A DNA stretch of 63,920 nucleotides, the filler included, from Octopus bimaculoides (lineage: Eukaryota), in NCBI RefSeq assembly GCF_001194135.2. It is 6 parts of 6 records of this genome, joined end to end, with 100 filler letters (N's around TTAATTAATTAA, not from the genome) between each part and the next. Parts side by side here need not be neighbours in the genome. Positions count along the whole stretch, not along the records: positions 50,703 to 57,007 come from NC_068995.1; positions 57,108 to 62,426 come from NC_068989.1; positions 62,527 to 63,920 come from NW_026325099.1; 3 more parts are not named here. One strand, given 5' to 3'. The position numbers and the translations under genes are program-made. This document shows, one piece after another, positions 51,815 to 63,920 of this stretch; position 1 is the first letter of the stretch; every line of letters starts with the position of its first letter. The notes beneath the pieces are model-generated. The model saw nothing but the letters and a program-made list of their open reading frames with translations, was not told the DNA's origin and ran no database searches.

Positions 51815-53932
51815 GACGGACAATTGCATCTCTGGACATTTGCGTCCCTAGACAATTGCGTCCCTGGACAATTGCGTCCCTGGACATTTGCGTTCTTAAA
51901 CAAATGCGAACTTCTGGTAATCTTTTATAATAAAAAGATGTTTTACATATTTACTTTTATTTAATACACATATTTTTTCAGGTGTACACATTTCAACAGT
52001 TGCTCATTATAATTCGTTAATCAAACAGGAAAATAAACTAATTGCACACCAAAATAAAAGGTATATTCTTAATTTTTAAAGCAAAAGAAATTTAAACTAG
52101 CAATTTTAGTTAATTCGAGCAGTGCGAACTATAAACATCTTATACATTCTGGATCTTATAATTCAAAGTTTTATTTGAAACACATGGCTAAGTTTAGAAA
52201 ATCTAACATTAATGGAAAGATATTTGTTGACGAGGAAAATTACAGGTGCCACTATCATAAGAAAAACGCCGATGAAACAAAAACATATTGGAGATGTGTA
52301 GAGCGATCTTGCAAAACAAGAATACATACAGTGAATGATTCAGTCACGACACAATGAAATTAAGATAGCCATAGATCCTCAGCTGCTAAAGTCAGAGCAC
52401 AAGAAGTTTCGTCCGAGTTAAAAACTACTTCAATTTCAGTATGCGAACCAGCAAGAAGTCTTAATGGAGCTACGATCACTAATGAAGATCAGTTTTCAAT
52501 TATCTACATACCCTCTTTATCATCAATGGAAAGAAATGTATGTCGATGGAGACAAAAAGCACAAAACGCACTACAAATTCCACAGCAAAGGAATAATTTT
52601 GAGATGTCGGAATCTTACGGTTTTCTTGCAACGGGAGAGAAGTTCCTTGCATTTGATTCTGGCATCGATGACGAGAATAGAATACTAATATTTGCGACGG
52701 TAGATGGTTTAGAAGATTTGATAAATTTTACTAACTGGGCAGCAGATGGTACCTTTAAAGTCAGTTCATCAATATACTATCAGCTATATTGTATCCATAT
52801 CCAATAAGGTACATTTAGTATTCCCAGAGTTTTTGCCCTTCTTCCAGGTAAGACAAAGGAAGCTTATGTTCATCTCTTCAAATATTTGTTGCCAGTCATA
52901 CCGCAGACACACTTTGAAATAGGAGCTCAGAAATGTTTTGTAGAAAAGTTTCCAGAAGTAACAATAAGTTCGTGTCTCTTTCATTTATCTTAGTCTATTT
53001 TTAAGAAAATCTGTGACATAAGATTAAGACAACAGTATAGAGAAGATGAAGTATTCAATTTGAAAATTAGATGACTTTTTTCTGCCTTGTCATTTCTTCC
53101 TTTAACTGACGTTGTCATCGGTTTTGTTAACTTTTTGTTAACTGTGGTTTGCCCCAAGAATTTGCCGTCTATTTTGAAATTGACCATGCAAGAGGCCGGA
53201 GAGGGATAAGGATGGAACAAATTTTTTCTATCGTGTCTTGGAATATCCGAGAAAGGGTTATAAATCAGTTACGTAGATCTAATAACAGATTAGTGAGATT
53301 GCACAATGCTTTGCAATATTCTTTATCGTGTCAACACCCATCTATTTGGAAATTGATTGTGACACTGAAAAAGGAGGAGGCTATTGTCTTAAAGAGAAAA
53401 AGGGAATATCAAAGAGGTTTTCTAGTACGGCCAAAAAATAAAACTACAACTAAGAGAATCATGGCATTATTAGATAAGTATACTCCTGAAAACAAGATAA
53501 ATTTCTTGAAAGGAATAGCTCATAACATTCACACCTTTTGATTTATTTGCGAAACTAAAATAACTTTTAAATCTTGAAATATTTTTTTAATATTGTTAAT
53601 CTGTTTTCGTATTTTGAACAAAAATAAACTTGTAAATTTTAAAGTCTTTTATTTATTTTATTCCTATTTTAAATATTTATTATTATCTTCCCTTGTTTAG
53701 AGTTATTAAATGTCTTTATTTACAATTAGCGTTGATAATCAACTGTTCCAAATAAACAAAAAAATACCCATGAAAAAAAAAAAAAAATTTCAAAATAGTT
53801 CAGGGACACAACTGTCCAATGACGCATTTGTCTAGGGACGCAAATGTCCAGGGGTAAAATTGCCCAGAGACGCATTTGTCTGGTACGCAGTTGTCCGAGA
53901 TGCAAATGACCAGTATGCAATTGTCTTAGAAC
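51815..53932 (+). mobile_element. Near-full-length decayed FLYWCH-MULE (MuDR/Mutator superfamily) DNA transposon, ~2.1 kb
   Basis: Transposase pieces from ATG 52184 to 53541: FLYWCH-like 'YWRCVERSCKTRIH', 'FDSG...RILIFAT', 'WAADGTFK...QLYCIH', 'SNNRL...HN' and 'HPSIWKLI..LKKEE', broken by stops and frameshifts. Inverted terminal arrays of a 15-bp unit (ggacaattgcgtccct / agggacgcaaatgtcc). Confidence 0.9.
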
Positions 53933-54689
53933 TGTATGTACGTACGTACGTATGTATGTATGTATGTATGTATGTATGTATGTATGNNNNNNNNNNNNNN
54001 NNNNNNNNNNNNNNNNNNNNNNNNNNNNNNNNNNNNNNNNNNNNNNNNNNNNNNNNNNNNNNNNNNNNNNNNNNNNNNNNNNNNNNNNNNNNNNNNNNNN
54101 NNNNNNNNNNNNNNNNNNNNNNNNNNNNNNNNNNNNNNNNNNNNNNNNNNNNNNNNNNNNNNNNNNNNNNNNNNNNNNNNNNNNNNNNNNNNNNNNNNNN
54201 NNNNNNNNNNNNNNNNNNNNNNNNNNNNNNNNNNNNNNNNNNNNNNNNNNNNNNNNNNNNNNNNNNNNNNNNNNNNNNNNNNNNNNNNNNNNNNNNNNNN
54301 NNNNNNNNNNNNNNNNNNNNNNNNNNNNNNNNNNNNNNNNNNNNNNNNNNNNNNNNNNNNNNNNNNNNNNNNNNNNNNNNNNNNNNNNNNNNNNNNNNNN
54401 NNNNNNNNNNNNNNNNNNNNNNNNNNNNNNNNNNNNNNNNNNNNNNNNNNNNNNNNNNNNNNNNNNNNNNNNNNNNNNNNNNNNNNNNNNNNNNNNNNNN
54501 NNNNNNNNNNNNNNNNNNNNNNNNNNNNNNNNNNNNNNNNNNNNNNNNNNNNNNNNNNNNNNNNNNNNNNNNNNNNNNNNNNNNNNNNNNNNNNNNNNNN
54601 NNNNNNNNNNNNNNNNNNNNNNNNNNNNNNNNNNNNNNNNNNNNNNNNNNNNNNNNNNNNNNNNNNNNNNNNNNNNNNNNNNAGCGCTC

Positions 54690-55040
54690 ATCTGCTACTT
54701 ATTTTATCAATTCTGAAAGGACGATAGCCAAACTCAATCTCGGTAGAATCCGAGCTCAGAAAGTAAAGATGGACGAAATGCCGCTAAGCATTTCGCCCAG
54801 TGTGCTAACGATTCTTTCCAGCTCGCTGCCTTACGTGCGAGGATTATCCATTTCAAATTTTGGAACATGGCCAGCAATTTCGGGTTAAATCGATTACATT
54901 GATTCCCAGTACTCAACTGGTACTTATTTTATCGACCTTGAAAGGATGAAAGGCAAAATTGACTTCGGCAAAATTTGAACTCAGAGCGTAAAGACGGACG
55001 AAATGCCGCTAAAACCTCTACTAGCTCGCCGCCTTACGTG
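54690..55040 (-). mobile_element. Tandem pair of family A SINEs
   Basis: Two reverse heads, each ending '...gctcgc[t/c]gccttacgtgcga'. Confidence 0.8.
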
Positions 55041-55791
55041 CGAAAAATATAAACAGAAATCATGGTGAAATCATATCCCGACTTTTTAAACGGTGGAAGA
55101 ACACATTGGGTAACGTAGTCCGAGATACGCTTACATTTACCCAAATGATGATATAACCGTAGAAAGAACATCTTCGATTGTTAGTCAGCCCGATTTCGAA
55201 TGGCAGTCCTACTGTTTATAAATGTGGAAGGACGCATTGTTCTGTGTCGTCTATGTAGTCCTAGATACCTTTATATTTACCAAAAAGATGGGATGGTCAG
55301 AAACGGAACATCTTTGATCAGGTCTGAACAGAAGTCTGCCAACCTCGATTATGAATGTTAAATTGAGAGATGACGTATTTATCAGTTTAAAATAAAATCT
55401 GGCAAAATGTGAAGAATTTAAAACAAAAATTAATAAATGAATACAATTTTACATAACTACATATCGATTCATTGAATACAGTTGACAATAGAAGTAAAGT
55501 GAACACTTGAATTATTTAATGAGCATTTTCTAATTGTTAATTGCTCAACAAATTAGTTATTTGGTGCCCACATTGTTGATCTTAGTTTTAATTAGTACAC
55601 AATCTTTTACTTGTTTCAGTCATTAGATTGCGGCCACGCTGAAGCACCACCTTGAAGAATTTTAGTCGAATGAATCGACCCCCAGTACTTATTCTGTTAC
55701 TCTAACTTATGGGGATGTAAACACACCAACACCGGTAGTCAAAGGGTGGTGGAGGCAAATGCAGACACGAAGATATATATATATATATATA

Positions 55792-56020
55792 CAGTGTTGG
55801 CCAAAAGTCACCTGACAGTAAATCAAAACCATTTAATTCCAAGATTTATGTTTAACAATTGAAAGAATTTAATGAACGCATCTAAATATGTAGCATCATA
55901 AAAATTGTTCAAGTGGAAGTCCTTCTGGAGCGACACATTTTTCCATTCGAGTGAATACAGAATTACAGATAGTATTTATGGGATTTTGATTTACTGTCGG
56001 GTGACTTCTGGCCAACCCTG
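55792..56020. mobile_element. Tc1/mariner MITE (229 bp) inserted in the (TA)n inside a family B SINE (55605-56185, - strand)
   Basis: 37-bp TIRs CAGTGTTGGCCAAAAGTCACCTGACAGTAAATCAAAA versus the inverse with 3 mismatches. TA on both sides; the SINE halves continue either side. Confidence 0.9.
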
Positions 56021-57302
56021 TATATATATACTTCGTGCTTCTTTCAGTTTCCGTCTACCAAATCCACTCATAGGGCTTTGGTCGGCCCGAGTCTATAGTA
56101 GATGACTCTTGCCCAAGGTGCCTCGCAGTGGGGATGAATCCGGAACCATGTGGTTGGGAAACAAACTTCTTACCACACAGTCACCTCAAGACCAAATCGA
56201 TTTGCCATATATTCGATTTGATAATATTCGTTCAGAAGACGGATTTTGACTTTAGTTTCTGACAACTATATCCAAAACTTGCACAGGCAGTGTAACGCAA
56301 GATCTTCTCTCCCGAGAATAAACTATTTGGAACATTTACTATTTAAATACAATTTTTAACTATATGTCAGTTCTCTGCCCAACAGTATTCCAACTAAAAT
56401 GTTCTCATCTGTTTTTCGGCCTCCATTATCCGGTGTGACCTTTATTTTCCTAGATTTTGGCTTGTTTAACCCGCTGTCATTGTTCTCGTTTAGCACCCAC
56501 CTCCAAATGTATAATTTGCAAACAGACTACACAGTATGATATAGAATATGATTTAAAGAAGAATTAGATTATTATTTCTAGTAGACTGAGTGACCACATA
56601 GAAGCTTCTTCGTTCGCTCGTTTTAAGTGTTGTTGCTGTGTAGTAAAGCATGATTTCGCTTACAAAATGTTTTTCGCTACATGGGAAGCTAATCTGTCTC
56701 AAACATTCATGTTTATGGTGACTCTATGTTCTCGCTGTTTTAACTTTAGGTGGAATGGTGTCAAGATAGATCGAATATATTTGCCAGGAACACACGGATT
56801 ACTAATAGCAGTCAGTTCAGCAAAAGAAAAGAAATACATAAAATAGGTACAGACATGCCTGGGTGGTAAGAAATTTGCTTCCCAATCGCATAATTACGGG
56901 TTCAATCTCTGCGTAGCATCTTGAGGAAATGCTTATACTATATCACTGGAACGACCAAAGCGTTGTAAGTGGATTTAGTAGACGAAAACTAAAAGAAGCC
57001 AATGATGNNNNNNNNNNNNNNNNNNNNNNNNNNNNNNNNNNNNNNNNNNNNTTAATTAATTAANNNNNNNNNNNNNNNNNNNNNNNNNNNNNNNNNNNNN
57101 NNNNNNNATATTCCAAGTGGCTTTCCGTCTTCCTATGTGTTCGTTCCGTTGTCTGTAGTTTATTGTTCTAACGTCCTGTACCCTGATATGCATGTATATA
57201 CACATGTAGATGTAAGTATGTACATATATGTGTGTATACATGTATATATATTCTTTGTATTATTATGTATGCATATAGATAGATATATATGTATATATAT
57301 AT

Positions 57303-57360
<58 letters not shown>

Positions 57361-57632
57361 CGGCATTTATGCATATATATGTAGGTATGTAGACACACAC
57401 ACATACTATTGTATGCAAAATTATATATACATGTATGTACCGCCTCATTCCTCCATTACGCTATCACATCAGATTTTTTACCTGGCAAAATAATTGGCTT
57501 TAAAAGGTTATTCTATTAATAGGCTGTCAAAAGCTCACAGCCTGTGATGATGGCGCTGGTGGTCGTCGTGGTGAGGGGGTGGGCTGAATGATCGTAGTGG
57601 TGGTGATGGTGGTGGTTGTGTAGTTGTTGTTG

Positions 57633-57664
<32 letters not shown>

Positions 57665-57834
57665 GGTAATGGTGGTAACAGTGTGTTGGTTTGTTTGTGG
57701 TGGTGACGGTGCGACGGCGATTGTGGCATGTTGTTGTCATGGCTACTGCATCAGTAAAACAGACAGCTGAAGAAACATGTAAGAAAGAAACAATAGGCTG
57801 AACAACAACAACAACAGCAACAACAACAACAGCA

Positions 57835-57867
<33 letters not shown>

Positions 57868-58449
57868 GTAGAAATACATATTAAAAAAACGATTACAACA
57901 GCTGAAATAGCAATACTTTCAATAACAACTGAAATATCATCATCATCATCAGCAACAGCAGCATCATCATCATCAACAACAACAACAACAACAGCTGCAG
58001 TAACGACAATGCCAACTAAAATGGTCCTTTTTTTTTTACCNNNNNNNNNNNNNNNNNNNNNNNNNNNNNNNNNNNNNNNNNNNNNNNNNNNNNNNNNNNN
58101 NNNNNNNNNNNNNNNNNNNNNNNNNNNNNNNNNNNNNNNNNNNNNNNNNNNNNNNNNNNNNNNNNNNNNNNNNNNNNNNNNNNNNNNNNNNNNNNNNNNN
58201 NNNNNNNNNNNNNNNNNNNNNNNNNNNNNNNNNNNNNNNNNNNNNNNNNNNNNNNNNNNNNNNNNNNNNNNNNNNNNNNNNNNNNNNNNNNNNNNNNNNN
58301 NNNNNNNNNNNNNNNNNNNNNNNNNNNNNNNNNNNNNNNNNNNNNNNNNNNNNNNNNNNNNNNNNNNNNNNNNNNNNNNNNNNNNNNNNNNNNNNNNNNN
58401 NNNNNNNNNNNNNNNNNNNNNNNNNNNNNNNNNNNNTAATAACCCTTTC

Positions 58450-58625
58450 TATTGGAAGCACAGGGCTTCAAATTTGGGGGAAAAGATTAAGTCGTACTTA
58501 CTTAAGGGATTATGTGGCACTTACTTAATTGACCGCGAAACGGTGAAAGGCAAAGTCGACCTCGGCGGAATTTGAACTCAGAACGTAACAGCAGACGAAA
58601 TACCGCTAAGAATTTCGCCCGGCAA
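58450..58625 (-). mobile_element. SINE family A (head interrupted by a family C copy)
   Basis: aaggcaaagtcgacctcggcggaatttgaactcagaacg... Confidence 0.85.
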
Positions 58626-58644
58626 TGATCGTTAATTTAAAGGA

Positions 58645-58962
58645 GCACTCTGTCGGTTACGACCACGAGGGTCCCAGCTGATACGATCAACGGAACAGCT
58701 TTCTCGTGAAATTAACGTGCAAGTGGCTGAGCACTCCACAGACACGTGTACCCTTAACGTAGTTCTCGGGGAGATTCGGCGTGACAGAGTGTGACAAAGC
58801 TGGCCCTTTGAAATACAGGTACTACTCATTTTTGCCAGTTGGGTGGATTGGAGCAACGGGAAATAAAGTGTCTTGCTCAAGGACACAACGATTCGCTGGG
58901 AATTGAACTCACGAGCTTGCGATTGTGAGCCGAATGCCCTAACCACTAGGCCACGCGCCTTC
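58645..58962 (-). mobile_element. SINE family C, full length
   Basis: Reverse complement reads gaaggcgcgtggcctagtggttagg (A-box), gagttcaattcc (B-box), CORE/V-like segment and tail. Confidence 0.88.
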
Positions 58963-60037
58963 ACTAATCGTTAATAATAGCGATAGTCATTAATAATAAT
59001 CATCATCATAATAATCGTTAGCGCACCGGAAAAAATGTTTAGCGGCATTTCTTCCGGCTCTTTACACGTTGAGTTCAAATCACGTCGAGATCAACTTTGC
59101 CATTTTTCCTTGTCAGAGTCGATAAAATAAGATGCCAGTCAAGCACTAGCAGCGACGTAATTCACCTGCGCCCTGCCCGGAAATTGCTGGCCTTGTTCCA
59201 AAACTAGAAAGAATAATTGATACTGTTACCTTGATTTTTACTTAGTAATAATCTATCATGACCCTAGCTAAGAAAATATTCAGAAAAAGGAGTTAATGCA
59301 GTTTCGCACCTCTCCTTCAAAAATGCATTGTTTTAGAAAATTTTTTTTCGTATCCCAGCGTTTTAGATGTCAGAGATTACGAATATACAAAAAGATAAAA
59401 ACAATAAAGAATATTANNNNNNNNNNNNNNNNNNNNNNNNNNNNNNNNNNNNNNNNNNNNNNNNNNNNNNNNNNNNNNNNNNNNNNNNNNNNNNNNNNNN
59501 NNNNNNNNNNNNNNNNNNNNNNNNNNNNNNNNNNNNNNNNNNNNNNNNNNNNNNNNNNNNNNNNNNNNNNNNNNNNNNNNNNNNNNNNNNNNNNNNNNNN
59601 NNNNNNNNNNNNNNNNNNNNNNNNNNNNNNNNNNNNNNNNNNNNNNNNNNNNNNNNNNNNNNNNNNNNNNNNNNNNNNNNNNNNNNNNNNNNNNNNNNNN
59701 NNNNNNNNNNNNNNNNNNNNNNNNNNNNNNNNNNNNNNNNNNNNNNNNNNNNNNNNNNNNNNNNNNNNNNNNNNNNNNNNNNNNNNNNNNNNNNNNNNNN
59801 NNNNNNNNNNNNNNNNNNNNNNNNNNNNNNNNNNNNNNNNNNNNNNNNNNNNNNNNNNNNNNNNNNNNNNNNNNNNNNNNNNNNNNNNNNNNNNNNNNNN
59901 NNNNNNNNNNNNNNNNNNNNNNNNNNNNNNNNNNNNNNNNNNNNNNNNNNNNNNNNNNNNNNNNNNNNNNNNNNNNNNNNNNNNNNNNNNNNNNNNNNNN
60001 NNNNNNNNNNNNNNNNNNNNNNNNNNNNNNNNNNNNN

Positions 60038-60200
60038 TTCTTCTTCTTCTTCTTCTTCTTCTTCTTCTTCTTCTTCTTCTTCTTCTTCTTCTTCTTCTTC
60101 TCCTTCTTCGTCGTCGTCTTTTATTCTCCTCACTGGCTACGATCAATGGAGGGCAGCCATCCAGGAGCATTCCCACCTCGCTTCAAGCAGTTTCGTCCAC
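60038..60200 (-). mobile_element. Possible RTE 3' end with a (GAA)n tail
   Basis: Minus strand ...MLLDGCPPLIVASEENK followed by a (GAA)n run. Weak similarity only. Confidence 0.35.
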
Positions 60201-60673
60201 GATATCGATCCGGTGTTCATTTCAGCGTGATGCACATTTTATCGATCTCTTATTCTCGAATCTCTATTGTAAGGGGACATAAAAGGACACAACACGATTA
60301 ACATCACAACAGAATAAATACCAAACTTAAAAGAACAAAGGAAAAACAAAAAACAAAAAAGTACTTGAGTTGATTCGTTCGACTAATACCCAGCGAGGCG
60401 TTGCCCCAGCATGGCCGCAGTGCAATGACTGAAACAAGAAAAAGCTAAACGTGTGTATTTTTATGCATTTTTATGTATTTTTAAAACATTGTGGATTCTC
60501 TGTGCGTTTCTCTCTCTTTCTTTGTGTCTGTCTGTCTGTCTCTCTTTCTCTTTGTCTCTCTCTCACACACACACAAACACACACAGACACACCCCACACA
60601 CACATGCATATATACACACATATACATAACCACATATACATACAGAAATAGCTAACATTCATCAATATATCGT

Positions 60674-61060
60674 ATCTGTGTTGTAAGAAGCTTTCTTCTC
60701 AACCACATAGTTCCGGGTTCAGTCCCGTTGCGTAGCACCTTGAACAAGTGTTTTGTACTGTAGGCTCGGGCCGACCAAAGCCTTGTCAGTGAATTTGCTA
60801 GACAGAAACTGAAAGAAGCCTGTCGATGTCGTAAATATATATATATATATATATATTTGTGTGTCTGTGTTTGTCACCTCACCATCGCTTGACAACCGAT
60901 GTTGGTGTGTTTACGTCCCTGTAAATAGCGGTTCGACAAAAGACACCGATAGAATAAGTTCTAGGCTTAGAAAGAATAAGTCCTGGGGTCGATTTGTTCG
61001 ACTGAAGCGGTGCCCCAGCATGGCCGCAGTCAAATGACTAAAACAAATAAAATAATAAAA
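60674..61060 (+). mobile_element. SINE family B, full length with an internal (TA)n
   Basis: tRNA-like head, (TA)n at ~60835-60856, then the 3' module ending ...gcggtgccccagcatggccgcagtcaaatgactaaaac. Confidence 0.88.
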
Positions 61061-61254
61061 GAATTAAAAAAATATCTGCCCCATTTTACTCTCTCAGCTT
61101 ATTGCAACCCTTTCTTTCTCTCTCTTCTCCTCATCCCATCACCCTTTTTCTGTATCCCACAAGACTGCCCACACACCAACTCCACCATTAGTTACGGAAC
61201 TTTTATCTTCGTCACCATTGTCACTATCTCTCTCTCTTTCTCTTTCTCCCTCTC

Positions 61255-61298
<44 letters not shown>

Positions 61299-61308
61299 NN
61301 NNNNNNNN

Positions 61309-61350
<42 letters not shown>

Positions 61351-61566
61351 GCATACAGCTCTGAGACCCATTGTCTATACACTGGGGACGGTCACAAACT
61401 GGACTCCATTTGCTTTTATGACGTCACTGAAACATTTGACCGACAGATGGCGCCAGGCGTGTGCTAACACCAGCCGGCACGAATTTTACTGCCAGCCTGC
61501 TTTTTAAGTAGATATACTTTAATGCATACACACGTACGCACACTCACACTGACGCACGCACACACA

Positions 61567-61605
<39 letters not shown>

Positions 61606-61775
61606 TCACACACACACATATACGCGCGCGCATGTCCATACACACACATGCACATACATACACATTCACACATAAACGTGCAAATATACAGACGTAGCGT
61701 GTATATATAATCAGTGACTAGAATCCTACTCTTCTTTATCTTTATGGTACTGTATATATACTGTATATATATATA

Positions 61776-61821
<46 letters not shown>

Positions 61822-62747
61822 NNNNNNNNNNNNNNNNNNNNNNNNNNNNNNNNNNNNNNNNNNNNNNNNNNNNNNNNNNNNNNNNNNNNNNNNNNNNNNN
61901 NNNNNNNNNNNNNNNNNNNNNNNNNNNNNNNNNNNNNNNNNNNNNNNNNNNNNNNNNNNNNNNNNNNNNNNNNNNNNNNNNNNNNNNNNNNNNNNNNNNN
62001 NNNNNNNNNNNNNNNNNNNNNNNNNNNNNNNNNNNNNNNNNACGTATGCATGTGTATGTATATTTATGTGTGTGTGTATACAAATATGTTTATATATGAG
62101 CGTATGTATATATGTTTATGTATATATATATATATATATACGAATGTATGCGTATGTATATATATGTATTATATATATGTATATATGTTTATATACATAT
62201 ATACGTATGTATGTGTATGTATATATATATGTGTGTGTATACATATATGTATGTGTGTGTGTGTGTGCGCGCGCGCATATATTAAATACCCGACACTGAG
62301 CTAGTTTTATCTATTTCTACCAATATTTTGTTCATATTTACGTACGAGTTCTCTGTACTCCCTGTATAACAGCTGGAATCAGGTACCACGCTCCTTCTCA
62401 CTCACATGCGCGCGCACACACACACANNNNNNNNNNNNNNNNNNNNNNNNNNNNNNNNNNNNNNNNNNNNTTAATTAATTAANNNNNNNNNNNNNNNNNN
62501 NNNNNNNNNNNNNNNNNNNNNNNNNNGTATGTGTGTGTGTCTGTGTTTGTCTCCTGCAATCACCTGACAACCAATGTTGGTATGTATATGTCCCCGTAAC
62601 TTAGTGGTTTGACAAAAGAGACTTCTAGAATAAGTTCTAGGCTTACAAAGAGTAAGTCCTGGGATCGATTTCTTCGACTAAAAGGCAGTGATCCAGCATA
62701 GCTACAGTCAAATGGTTGGAACAAGTAAAAGAATAAAAGAATATGTA

Positions 62748-62805
<58 letters not shown>

Positions 62806-63920
62806 TAGTAATAATATTAGGGAATAAAGAATTTATTCCAACCATACAGGCAAAAATCGGTATAATATTATACCGGGTTTCCTAATATATAATATATATG
62901 TATATAACTAATTTAGAGACGAACCACCGCTGTACAACTCAGTCAACTCAGGACCCATCCAAATCCATGCTGTGAGGCATATACCATCTTAATATATCTA
63001 AGATTTTAATCTAAAATTTAAATTAAATAATATATTACATAAATCAATCATATAAATCATAGAAATATTAATTTAAAAAAATTTTAAAGTCAAGTTTATA
63101 AATTGGACAGTAAAAATTAATACGATGATATACAGTATGGAAGTATAAAAATATAAAAGTTAGTGCTAGTACATAGACTACATGCCTGAAATAGGATTAT
63201 ATGATGAAATCATAAGCAAATTCTATGTGATTTCATTAGAACGGGGAAATGATTTTACTCCCCAAATCAGTGACTCTTCAGGTTAAATCCCTAAGAAAAT
63301 ACCTAAACTCATTCAAGGAATAAACATAAACATGAGAGATAAAATATAAAGAGACAAAATCTGTAAACTAATCCCTACATTAACGGTATTAATATAATTA
63401 TTAAGAGATACAATCTAAAAATATTGAAAAAGAGTATTATAGTAAACAAGGTTAAAACATGATGGAATAAGTAGATAATAGTAAAAAAATGTGTTAGTGT
63501 ATAAAGTTACTAAAAGACGGATGTCAATATTGTTTATAAAATGAANNNNNNNNNNAAGTAGATAATAGTAAAAAAATGTGTTAGTGTATAAAGTTACTAA
63601 AAGACGGATGTCAATATTGTTTATAAAATGAAAATAAGAAAACATGACTTGTAGATTAAAACAAAAATGGCTGTGCTACAGAATTTATACTAGAAGATCA
63701 CGTGATAAATATGGCGTCTATTACCCAGAAGTACATGCGTATTATAATTACTAAAATAGTAACGAAAATATCGAAAAAGAAATTCTACCTAAAATAAAAA
63801 GTTTCTTGGGGAATAAAAATACTAAAATACTTAACTTACAAATTAACGCAGAGTAATAACTATACACATCCGAAAATTCTATATTACGTAAATAATGCTA
63901 TGAAAATTAATACTGAAAAG

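Noticed and set aside
51815-51900. Regular short repeats that could suggest a CRISPR array
   Set aside because: The 15-bp units are contiguous with no unique spacers, are inverted at the other end of a MULE, and lie in a eukaryotic context.
58900-58962. tRNA-like sequences with A and B boxes (also at 20753, 49495, 51626)
   Set aside because: They are SINE heads continuous with SINE bodies and do not form a full cloverleaf.
63468-63630. ~78-bp tandem duplication around a 10-N gap (similar cases at 28450, 32063 and 61299)
   Set aside because: Identical sequence on both sides of a fixed 10-N gap is typical of unmerged contig overlaps.

Overview
AT-rich, microsatellite-saturated and gap-ridden eukaryotic scaffold. 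The repeat families and assembly style suggest an octopus (probably Octopus bimaculoides); this is inference and was not checked. The only host gene supported by the sequence is the 5' and middle part of an OXR1/NCOA7 (Drosophila mustard)-family gene on the + strand. I reconstructed seven GT-AG exons (5545-21664) with consistent phases, encoding a LysM domain, the GRAM-like 'VTPNAIMFDP' block and a long acidic low-complexity linker. A probable eighth coding exon lies upstream (4145/4175-4277). The C-terminal TLDc exons are not visible, so the remaining ~42 kb is probably one large intron, partly N gaps and with five artificial 100-bp linkers. The introns hold at least four SINE families, three mariner relics, a nearly full-length decayed FLYWCH-MULE transposon, several MITEs, and CR1, RTE, R4/Dong-like and Tx1-like LINE fragments. 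I found no clearly new multi-gene system. The best leads are alternative 5' exons or internal promoters of OXR1, a Tx1-like LINE that sits in (GATA)n and shares its 3' tail with the dominant SINE, microsatellites acting as transposon landing pads, a splice-donor-seeded minisatellite, and two near-perfect hairpins. Most long ORFs in the supplied track are microsatellite or N artefacts.
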